DNA from: a virus
Taxonomy: Duplodnaviria > Caudoviricetes
Direction: 5' to 3' (one strand)
Virus record (IMG/VR): IMGVR_UViG_3300017754_001394
Coordinates: 1 to 35,125 of that record
Length of the DNA stretch: 35,125 nt
Shown in pieces: positions 18,350 to 25,574 of the stretch. A program made the translations under genes and the position numbers. The notes below the pieces were generated by a model that was not told where the DNA came from, ran no database searches, and was given only the letters and a program-made list of their open reading frames with translations. Numbering within the stretch: the stretch's first letter is position 1; every line of letters starts with the position of its first letter.

Positions 18350-20244
18350 TATCTGTCATCCTCAACTTGTGTCAATTGCCATGTTGCAGCACTACACATC
18401 CATACACTGTTGTTGCTTGTGTTAGATATTTCAATGTTGTTAACTCTGAATGCATTCTGGTCTATCTGGCACCATGGTTGTGTTGTGTCGATAGTCATAT
18501 TAACGGGAGTCTTAACTTCAGGAACGCTTGCAACCGAACTTGCTCCCTCAATTGTAACTGTGACATTACCTTTATGTGTTGAGGTTGCTGGATTAACTGT
18601 GATGTTATAATCATGTGAGTCAGTGAAAGGTATTGCACCTAAGTTGTTTACTTCAGGTAAGATACGGTGAACCATCATCTTACCACTATAGTCTTTGAGT
18701 AACTTAATGTTATCTCTACGGAAGTTAGATTCAATTGCACTATCATCTGCAAACGTATAGCCAACATCTTTCTGTACTAGACGACTGTTGGTTACACCCT
18801 GAGCATAGACTAAAGTACGTGAACCATAGTTAGGTTGATTGCCACTATAGATAGGACTCTCGCATGCCATAGTTGCGTTTGATATATCACGTGGTGCGTT
18901 CCAGCAATCTAAGTCATAACGATATGCTAGCATCTTGTTTGGTACACCGTTAACTGCATTACTATCTGGGTAGTATATCTCAATCTGATTCTTCTGACTG
19001 TTGTTCTCCATGAACACACGGTCAAAGTAGGTAGGTGATACTTGGTCAAAGAACCAGTTCTTCACACGTTGATTACCTAAGCCCTGGAAGTTAGTTCCAT
19101 CGAATACCCATACGTCACGAGCATCAACTCCGTATACGTTCTGGTCAGTATTTGCCCAACAGTTAGCTGATAACAATCCACGACCTTGGTTGTACAATCT
19201 TACGCCCAAGATAGGAGCGGAGGTTGTTGAGTAGTTCAATGGACTGAACACAACAGTATCCCAATACGAGCACAAGAAGAACTGTCCGTTACATGGGAAT
19301 GCATCAAGTGCTTGTCCACGTAAGGGAACTTCAAGTTGGTTAGCTACGTTAGTGATTGTGGGTGTCCACGTTGTTGGAGCCTGATTCAATCCAAACGCTT
19401 GACTCCACTGTATCGTAACAGGGTATATCTCTGTTGAACTGTTAATGTTTGTAGCTGTTAAGTTACCTGCAACTAAGATAGATCCAACGTTAGGTGTTGA
19501 ATACAAACGCATGAAGTAAGCGTAGTAGCTAGACCAGTTTGTATTATAGTTCCACGAGTACAATGGAGCAATCGTGCCACCACCTGGGTAAGCACCACCC
19601 GGTACTAACAGTATGTCTACGTAACTTGTAGTTGCAGTAGTAACGGTGAATGTACCATCATAAAAGTTATTGATTCCAGAAATCAATACTTTATCACCCG
19701 CGACATATGGTGTTACTGAGTACGGTGTACTAAATGTAACACGTTGTTCAGTGGGTGACTGATATGCGATAGTGTCGATATCAACTTGGATTGCGTTCTT
19801 ATACGCTACAAGCACGGCGCCTGGCTCATCTGGCAGGAACATAGGAGGGTTTAGTGTATCATTAAAGAATGGTACTGTACCGTTCCAACTGTCTGTAATG
19901 TTAGTAGCTTGACTGTAGCCCGTATATGTAACACCACCTGGCGTGATGTCGTACCAGTTTGTGTTACCGTCACTAGCGTACCATTTACCCTCTGTCACGG
20001 CTACGATGAACCAATATGCTCCACTCTGTCTAAAGCCAGCACTAATGAATGTAGGAGTACCAGGGATAGTGTTTAGTATCTCCTGGTCACCGGCTACTGA
20101 GCGTATACCTCTAACATCTGTTTCGATGTTAAGTCCACTGTTGTATTCGTTAGGTCCTAATGCCGTACTTGGTACGTCAGGAGTGAAACTCATCTTAGTG
20201 AAAGGTATTCTAACCTCTTCGTATTTTGATTTGATTTGAGCCAT
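18349..20244 (-). CDS. Tail hub/nozzle (P22 gp10-like stabilization protein)
   Basis: 631 aa, beta-propeller-like aromatic repeats (IQWSQ, VWVFDG, LAYRYDLDCW); precedes ejection proteins. Confidence 0.7.
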   Translation of the reverse strand: MAQIKSKYEEVRIPFTKMSFTPDVPSTALGPNEYNSGLNIETDVRGIRSVAGDQEILNTIPGTPTFISAGFRQSGAYWFIVAVTEGKWYASDGNTNWYDITPGGVTYTGYSQATNITDSWNGTVPFFNDTLNPPMFLPDEPGAVLVAYKNAIQVDIDTIAYQSPTEQRVTFSTPYSVTPYVAGDKVLISGINNFYDGTFTVTTATTSYVDILLVPGGAYPGGGTIAPLYSWNYNTNWSSYYAYFMRLYSTPNVGSILVAGNLTATNINSSTEIYPVTIQWSQAFGLNQAPTTWTPTITNVANQLEVPLRGQALDAFPCNGQFFLCSYWDTVVFSPLNYSTTSAPILGVRLYNQGRGLLSANCWANTDQNVYGVDARDVWVFDGTNFQGLGNQRVKNWFFDQVSPTYFDRVFMENNSQKNQIEIYYPDSNAVNGVPNKMLAYRYDLDCWNAPRDISNATMACESPIYSGNQPNYGSRTLVYAQGVTNSRLVQKDVGYTFADDSAIESNFRRDNIKLLKDYSGKMMVHRILPEVNNLGAIPFTDSHDYNITVNPATSTHKGNVTVTIEGASSVASVPEVKTPVNMTIDTTQPWCQIDQNAFRVNNIEISNTSNNSVWMCSAATWQLTQVEDDR

Positions 20245-20269
20245 GGGTAAAAGATTCCGTTTTATTCAG

Positions 20270-20275
20270 TATTTA
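20270..20275 (-). promoter_or_regulatory. TAAATA late-type promoter core
   Basis: agaTAAATAct in the gap before the tail hub gene. Confidence 0.65.
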
Positions 20276-20276
20276 T

Positions 20277-20570
20277 CTACGGTTTTTTATGGTTAGTTTC
20301 ATAGGGCTCCCACACTTCTCCATACTTGTTTCGAATCTGTTCTGGGTCTGGGTCTTGCAGATATACAGTTGGACCTTTATAAACACAGTTCTCAAAGTGC
20401 TTTGGAACGATGTTAGGATTCTGTACAGTTCTATGACATTGAGTGCAGGTATACCCTACAAACTTCCATATCTTAGCTTCTCTATCATATTGATGTGCTA
20501 AATGGAATGTCTTGTACTTATCTAATAGTTCTAATACTGGTGTTGATTTGTCTTGTCTTACGTATGGCAT
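20277..20570 (-). CDS. Small protein with C2HC zinc-finger-like motif
   Basis: 97 aa; CTQC-x12-H-x3-C. Confidence 0.6.
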   Translation of the reverse strand: MPYVRQDKSTPVLELLDKYKTFHLAHQYDREAKIWKFVGYTCTQCHRTVQNPNIVPKHFENCVYKGPTVYLQDPDPEQIRNKYGEVWEPYETNHKKP

Positions 20571-20574
20571 AGAC

Positions 20575-20580
20575 TATTTA
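20575..20580 (-). promoter_or_regulatory. TAAATA core, probable leaderless start
   Basis: tcTAAATA-gtct-ATG; no SD sequence. Confidence 0.65.
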
Positions 20581-20584
20581 GAAT

Positions 20585-20820
20585 CTGCTAACTCTGGCGT
20601 TTTTTAAGCCCCTCAGTTAGCAGAGTTAGCAGCGGCCTCTACGGATATTAAAGAATGTGAGAGAATGAGAAAGTACAAAGTACCCTGCAGGCGCGTATAA
20701 GAGAGGGAGGGTATCAATTTCGCTTTAGTATATATGTGTATAGCTGCTAACTGCTAACTGCTAACTGAGGCACTTTTCTGCTAACTTTGCTAACTCTCTG
20801 CTAACTCTCTGCTAACTCTG
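20585..20820. repeat. Iteron-like TGCTAACT array, putative replication origin
   Basis: 8 plus-strand copies (9-mers starting 20585, 20744, 20751, 20758, 20778, 20787, 20798, 20809) and 2 inverted copies (20615, 20624) around a ~110-nt core; non-coding, at the strand switch, upstream of primase/helicase. Confidence 0.75.
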
Positions 20821-20874
20821 AGCCACATTTTATGACGAATTTGCCCAAAACATGTAGCTAAAACGTATATCTGG

Positions 20875-20883
20875 TGTTACAAT
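20875..20883 (+). promoter_or_regulatory. Possible sigma70 extended -10 (TGtTACAAT)
   Basis: TGn plus 5/6 match to TATAAT; weak -35 (TAGCTA). Confidence 0.4.
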
Positions 20884-20884
20884 G

Positions 20885-20892
20885 TATAAATA
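20885..20892 (+). promoter_or_regulatory. TATAAATA, exact T4 late-promoter consensus, upstream of the replication operon
   Basis: Direct 8/8 match in non-coding DNA, co-oriented with the plus-strand operon. Confidence 0.65.
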
Positions 20893-20940
20893 CACTGTAG
20901 ACAATGTTTCGTGACATTTACATTGTGTATATTCCTAAAA

Positions 20941-21005
20941 TTTGTCAAACGAAGTCCCCGGTCTGAACCCCGGGGCTTCATCTCAGGTTCAGCGAGATTG
21001 ACAAA
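20941..21005 (+). ncRNA. Three-way-junction structured element with kissing loops
   Basis: P1 tttgtcaa/ttgacaaa; P2 gaag(t)ccccgg/ccggggcttc; P3 tctc/gaga; loops ctgaacc (20963-20969) and ggttcag (20986-20992) are exact complements. Confidence 0.65.
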
Positions 21006-21039
21006 GATGACAAGGAAACAAATTTTATAGGAAATGAAT

Positions 21040-21210
21040 ATGAACAAAGAATTAAGTATGATGAATCTGATCCGTCTGGATACAGAGTTAGAGAATGCGC
21101 TTGGCTTTCGAGAAGCAGCGATTCGTAGTGAAGACATGTGTGAGTTTATTGTCTGGGACAATGAAGTTAACAACATCGTCAATGAAATAGAAAACTTAGG
21201 AGAAGTATAA
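21040..21210 (+). CDS. Small acidic hypothetical protein (56 aa, not in ORF track)
   Basis: MNKELSMMNLIRLDTELENALGFREAAIRSEDMCEFIVWDNEVNNIVNEIENLGEV; AGGA RBS; TAATG overlap with the next ORF. Confidence 0.7.
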   Translation: MNKELSMMNLIRLDTELENALGFREAAIRSEDMCEFIVWDNEVNNIVNEIENLGEV

Positions 21211-21380
21211 TGAATGACTTAGTAAAGACCCAACAACAACTATACAAAGTAATGAACCAGTTGGAGAACTGGAAGATGAGTGGGTATGACACGCCCATGA
21301 TGACATACCATGAACAGATGGAAGAATATGTAGTCAGAATTGAATTGTTAAAACTAAAACTAAAGGAAGAAATGAAATGA
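21210..21380 (+). CDS. Small helical hypothetical protein (56 aa, not in ORF track)
   Basis: MNDLVKTQQQLYKVMNQLENWKMSGYDTPMMTYHEQMEEYVVRIELLKLKLKEEMK; AGGAG RBS; ATGA overlap downstream. Confidence 0.7.
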   Translation: MNDLVKTQQQLYKVMNQLENWKMSGYDTPMMTYHEQMEEYVVRIELLKLKLKEEMK

Positions 21381-21811
21381 AATTAGACGAAATGTACAAC
21401 AAGACAGGTGAAGAGATTTTTAACCAGATAGTAAGCGAAGCTACAGGACCAACAGCATTGATTAAGTTCAAAGGAACTATGATAGGTAATAAGCCTGAAA
21501 TTATACAGCAACATCATTATATTTCAGGTGAGTTGTCTGATGCAATACACATGCTTAAAAATGATAGAGATAGTGGACCCGAAACTATCAACCAATTAGT
21601 AGCCGTAAAAGAAAAGATTTTCAACTTCAACTATAACAACTTTGAATATAACGGAACAGAAGTAGCTAAAAGAATTAACAAGATTAATGAGAAGTTAACT
21701 GATATCCGTTTACATCAAGAAACCGTAAACAAAAAGATTGACTACCTCAGAGAAGCTAAAGAGGTTATTGGTATTGAGATTGAATTGATGAGACTTGGCA
21801 TTGATGCGTGA
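21377..21811 (+). CDS. Hypothetical coiled-coil protein
   Basis: 144 aa, AAGGA RBS, coupled on both sides. Confidence 0.75.
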   Translation: MKLDEMYNKTGEEIFNQIVSEATGPTALIKFKGTMIGNKPEIIQQHHYISGELSDAIHMLKNDRDSGPETINQLVAVKEKIFNFNYNNFEYNGTEVAKRINKINEKLTDIRLHQETVNKKIDYLREAKEVIGIEIELMRLGIDA

Positions 21812-22724
21812 TACGGAATTAAGTCTACTACCTGACTGGAGATTCTGCAAGATCCCATATGGTGAGAAAGGTCCAAGATATAAAGACTGGCACAAGAAGC
21901 CATTTACTTTACAACAAGTACCACAAGATAACAACATAGGTATCATCTTAGGTCCAGCAAGCAATGGTATATTAGCTATTGACTTCGATGGACCTTGGGC
22001 TTGGGAATACTGGAATGAACATATTTGTATTCCATTCGATAGTTTCGATACAGTAATGTGGACAAGCAACAAGCCAGGACGCTGTCAAATGGCATTCACA
22101 GTACCTAAAGACTTATGGGAACACGTACCCACAGTGTTCAAAAAGAACAAGCCTGAACCAGAACTTGACGGTAAGTTCCAAGCGATTGAATTTAGATGGG
22201 GGACTGTAGATGTATCATGTCAATCAGTTCTTCCACCTAGCTTACATCCAGATAACAAGATTGACCCAAACATCAACTATCAATGGCTACGTAGCCCAAG
22301 TGAAACAACGGTAGCAGAAGTTCCAATGAGACTATTAGAATGGGCTATACTAGACAGACAAACAGTGAACAATTATGTTCCTGATCCAGTTGAGAAGTTT
22401 GAAGCTAAGAACGTAGACGGGGAAGAAGCTAATAAACTATGTGAAGAACTGAAGAAGTATTACCCTAACCTAGACTATGAAACATGGATCAGAGTTACTT
22501 GGGCCTTCTGTAACTCAGTAGGATATAATGATGGAATAGCTATTATGAGCTACTACTACCCAGAGCAAAAGAAGGGTGAGTATGCCAAGCTAAGTAGAAG
22601 TCACACTAGCAAAAAGCAATGTACAATCGGTACAGTGATTAAGATGATTAACGATAGAAAGCCCAAAGCTATTACAAAAGATGACGGCCTGTTCTATAAT
22701 AGCAATGTAAGGGATTTAATATGA
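21795..22724 (+). CDS. Bifunctional primase/polymerase (Prim-Pol) with PriCT-2 domain
   Basis: IPYGEKGP, NIGIILG, ILAIDFDG, QSVLPPSLHP, YQW and C-terminal YETWIRV; true start may be ATG 21804. Confidence 0.85.
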   Translation: MALMRDTELSLLPDWRFCKIPYGEKGPRYKDWHKKPFTLQQVPQDNNIGIILGPASNGILAIDFDGPWAWEYWNEHICIPFDSFDTVMWTSNKPGRCQMAFTVPKDLWEHVPTVFKKNKPEPELDGKFQAIEFRWGTVDVSCQSVLPPSLHPDNKIDPNINYQWLRSPSETTVAEVPMRLLEWAILDRQTVNNYVPDPVEKFEAKNVDGEEANKLCEELKKYYPNLDYETWIRVTWAFCNSVGYNDGIAIMSYYYPEQKKGEYAKLSRSHTSKKQCTIGTVIKMINDRKPKAITKDDGLFYNSNVRDLI

Positions 22725-24295
22725 TAGATAAAGATAAAGAGAAGAAGCTAGCAGAGATGCGTAGAAATCTCAATAAAACCAGAGACGAGGTTTTATCGCC
22801 GAAGTTAGCTCTTTTTACTGAAGAAAAGAAGCAAGTTAGACCACGTTCAGAGATTTTAGCCGAAGTTAAAACAGACAAATTAAAGTTCAAGTTTTTACCC
22901 CCTTTGCTATCATACACTATGCTAGCACTAAAAGAGATTAATAATGTACCAGAAGAGATGGCTATTCAAGCTATCTTAGGAACTGTGAACTTCGCTACCC
23001 AGAGTCTGTATAACGTAGATCCTGTGTTCTTTGGCGGTGCAATCATTCCCACAACAGACTATTTCATCGCATTAGCGCCCACAGCTGGTATGAAAAGTAC
23101 AGTTTACAAGATGTTGGATCATGGTATCAAACGATTCGAAGAAGATGAGAAAGTTAGATATGGTAATGAAATTCAAGTGTATAAACTAGCACATGCTATT
23201 TGGTCTAAAGAATACGAGAAGCTAGAAAAGACACTGACTCCTGAAGACTTGAAAGATAAAGATAGATTCGATGCATTAGTATCTTCAGTTGGACCAGAGC
23301 CACAGAAGCCAGCTAGCTTTAAGTATAGATTGAGTACAGGTACAAGAAACGGTTTAATTGACTTCTTATCTAATGTACCACATGGTGGTATGAGTAGTAG
23401 TGAAGCTGGTGAATTCTTTAATGGTCATGCATTCCAAGAAGGTAAGAACAACTCAAAGGGATTTGAGATGATTACTACATTGACTAACTTGTGGGATGGA
23501 GCACCGATCGAAAAGAACACAGGCGTAGATGTAAAGAGTATCCAGAATCGTAGATTCACAATGCTATTTCTATTACAGAAAGCGATGGCTAAAGATTGGT
23601 TAGGTAACAAATTGTATAGTGAACAGGGATTCGTACATCGTTTGTTGATTACGCATTGTGATTACTGGGATGTACCTGAGATGGATCGTACCAGAGTCCC
23701 AGACTTGAAAGCTAGTCAACAAAAGCTAGTTATGTTCCATGATAGAATCTATGAACTACTGAAGAAAGATAGACAGTTCAGAGAAGATTCATCATTAGAA
23801 CTTGACTTGCCCATGATTCAAATGAGCAACGAAGCAATCGATAAACTAGCAGAGTTTGACAACCTAATCAAGAGAGAGCAGACTACAACATATGCAGAGT
23901 TTCAAGGATTTGTAGGTCGTTTATACGAACATTGTGTTCGTTTAGCCGCAACAGTTGCAATCTTTGACAATAGTAGTAAAATTGAGCTACGTCATGCAGA
24001 ATGTGCAATTGAATTAGGCTTCTTCTACCTAGAGCAGAGAATGACATTAGACTTGGGAGCTAACACAAAGTACGCTAACCAAGTGTCGATTGCTGAGAAA
24101 CTGACGTTTGAGATTATTAAGAAGATTCGTTCGGGAGTTACGATTGACAAGAAATGGTTAAGTCAATCAAGTCCTGCATACTTCAGAGGATTAAGCAGAG
24201 ATGAACGTCATAAGATTATAGAAGAAGTTATCAGTAGAGGTACACTGAAACAAGAGAAAGTAAATAACGTAACAGTTATGTCCATTATAGAATAA
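22721..24295 (+). CDS. DUF3987/YfjI-type P-loop helicase-like replication protein
   Basis: 524 aa; APTAGMKS Walker A variant, SSEAGEFF, LWDG, GFVHRLL, RLYEHCVRLA; coupled to the primase. Confidence 0.75.
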   Translation: MIDKDKEKKLAEMRRNLNKTRDEVLSPKLALFTEEKKQVRPRSEILAEVKTDKLKFKFLPPLLSYTMLALKEINNVPEEMAIQAILGTVNFATQSLYNVDPVFFGGAIIPTTDYFIALAPTAGMKSTVYKMLDHGIKRFEEDEKVRYGNEIQVYKLAHAIWSKEYEKLEKTLTPEDLKDKDRFDALVSSVGPEPQKPASFKYRLSTGTRNGLIDFLSNVPHGGMSSSEAGEFFNGHAFQEGKNNSKGFEMITTLTNLWDGAPIEKNTGVDVKSIQNRRFTMLFLLQKAMAKDWLGNKLYSEQGFVHRLLITHCDYWDVPEMDRTRVPDLKASQQKLVMFHDRIYELLKKDRQFREDSSLELDLPMIQMSNEAIDKLAEFDNLIKREQTTTYAEFQGFVGRLYEHCVRLAATVAIFDNSSKIELRHAECAIELGFFYLEQRMTLDLGANTKYANQVSIAEKLTFEIIKKIRSGVTIDKKWLSQSSPAYFRGLSRDERHKIIEEVISRGTLKQEKVNNVTVMSIIE

Positions 24296-24304
24296 GGAAA
24301 TGAA

Positions 24305-24790
24305 ATGGCTAAATTCAAAATCAGATACGTAAAGTTCGTATTCACACCCAAACTCAATCGAGGTAATGATTGGGCAACACCCCCAGACGTTAAGATAGGA
24401 TTCGGATCCAGACACACAGATGAATGGAACGAGTACATGTTCAACAGCAACCATATTAGTATCATCTTTAGTGACTTCTTGAACGGTGACCCACGCAGAT
24501 ACAAGAAACATGCAAAGTTTACCGAAAGCGAAGCAGCAATACTATTACTACAGTACCTAGAAGATAACTTAAAAGATGCTAGAAAGCAAAAGAGAGAGTT
24601 GTATACTACCCTCGAAAGAGTAGAACAATATGGAGTAAACCCGTATAGTCAAGGTAAGATGTGGGAATACTCATTGATGGTTAACAAAAGAGAAATAGAA
24701 TATCATCAAGCAGCCTGTAAGATATGGCGCAAGAAAGTACGTGAGATGAAAAAGAGTAAAGAATACATGTGGGAGCAACTAGCAAAATGA
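24305..24790 (+). CDS. Hypothetical protein
   Basis: 161 aa, AAGGA RBS, basic helical C-terminus. Confidence 0.75.
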   Translation: MAKFKIRYVKFVFTPKLNRGNDWATPPDVKIGFGSRHTDEWNEYMFNSNHISIIFSDFLNGDPRRYKKHAKFTESEAAILLLQYLEDNLKDARKQKRELYTTLERVEQYGVNPYSQGKMWEYSLMVNKREIEYHQAACKIWRKKVREMKKSKEYMWEQLAK

Positions 24791-25059
24791 ACAAGATTAG
24801 ATGCTATGGACTGACTGAAGTTCTAAATATGCGTGGTATCAAGATGAATGATGTTGATGACATGGCTAGTACATTCAAAGAATACCAAGTTCACATATTC
24901 CAGCCCCCAACTACCCCTGGTAGTGGTAGAGCTAGACGACAGATAGCTTACTATGTTACTACTAACGAAGACTTTGATAGATGGATCAAGTTAAACAACA
25001 CTCTAGCTATACTCAAAGAGTTGCCCATAGCTAAATTAAAATACAAAAAGTACCCATGA
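24787..25059 (+). CDS. Hypothetical protein (90 aa from ATG 24787)
   Basis: ATGA overlap with the upstream gene; ends at the terminator. Confidence 0.7.
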   Translation: MNKIRCYGLTEVLNMRGIKMNDVDDMASTFKEYQVHIFQPPTTPGSGRARRQIAYYVTTNEDFDRWIKLNNTLAILKELPIAKLKYKKYP

Positions 25060-25084
25060 AAAAACCCGCATTAAGCGGGTTTTT
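25059..25084. terminator. Bidirectional Rho-independent terminator
   Basis: A6-cccgc-attaa-gcggg-T5 where plus and minus operons converge. Confidence 0.85.
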
Positions 25085-25182
25085 CTTTGGAGTTAATGAA
25101 ATGAAAGTGTAGAGGACGCATAAAGGAAATTACGAAATGGCATTATCGTTTGCGGATACTTTATGAAAAAACATCCTCTACA
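25059..25182 (-). ncRNA. Candidate ~125-nt small RNA
   Basis: Starts 4 nt after a TAAATA; 11-bp stem (25172-25182 with 25108-25118, one U-G pair valid only on the minus strand), inner 7-bp stem (25159-25165 with 25119-25125); ends at the terminator. Confidence 0.55.
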
Positions 25183-25185
25183 AAA

Positions 25186-25407
25186 CTATTTATTCCTGTT
25201 GCGACCGTCTAACTTTTCCTCAATACGAAACAATTGTTTCTCAATCTTGTCCATAGCTTTGACAGTGTTATCTGAGCTATTGATAGCTACAGCAAGCTGC
25301 TTGTCGATACTATCGACTTTGCTATTCAGTGCAGCATAGCCGCCCGAACCTACTGTAGCTAAACTAACTACTAACCAACTTAGTTGTGTTGTTGAAAAAT
25401 CAATCAT
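25186..25407 (-). CDS. Small membrane protein with coiled coil (holin/XhlA-like candidate)
   Basis: 73 aa; N-terminal hydrophobic helix then heptad repeats; last gene of the tail block. Confidence 0.55.
   Translation of the reverse strand: MIDFSTTQLSWLVVSLATVGSGGYAALNSKVDSIDKQLAVAINSSDNTVKAMDKIEKQLFRIEEKLDGRNRNK
25187..25192 (-). promoter_or_regulatory. TAAATA core driving the candidate sRNA
   Basis: gaaTAAATAgtt; no ORF downstream, only the hairpin and terminator. Confidence 0.5.
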
Positions 25408-25571
25408 TCTGTAATACCAAAGAAGTCTTTAGCTTCTTGCTCCGTTTCAAAGTAATACCAACCATCGATTGGTAAGGTGTAAGTGTCTAGTAAGTCCATA
25501 TGTAAGAAACCTTCTGGCATCTCTACATATGGGCCACTACTTAAAATTTCATCTGAGTATTTATAAAACAT
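25404..25571 (-). CDS. Small acidic fibre-associated protein (55 aa, not in ORF track)
   Basis: MFYKYSDEILSSGPYVEMPEGFLHMDLLDTYTLPIDGWYYFETEQEAKDFFGITE; ATGA overlap downstream. Confidence 0.75.
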   Translation of the reverse strand: MFYKYSDEILSSGPYVEMPEGFLHMDLLDTYTLPIDGWYYFETEQEAKDFFGITE

Positions 25572-25574
25572 AGA

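Noticed and set aside
20585-20820. CRISPR array or telomere-like repeat
   Set aside because: Units are 7-11 nt with no unique spacers, occur in both orientations, and no cas genes are present; an origin fits better.
20943-21003. TTGACA -35 boxes on both strands (20943-20948 minus, 20998-21003 plus)
   Set aside because: No good -10 at 16-18 nt; they are explained as arms of the P1 stem.
20941-21005. Hammerhead ribozyme, tRNA or purine riboswitch
   Set aside because: No CUGANGA/GAAA core in the junction on either strand, no T-loop or cloverleaf, and junction strands too short for a purine aptamer.
25096-25166. Plus-strand mini-ORFs (MK, MKV, MALSFADTL) with SD-like sequences
   Set aside because: They lie past the plus-strand terminator and are 2-9 codons long; treated as the complement of the candidate sRNA.
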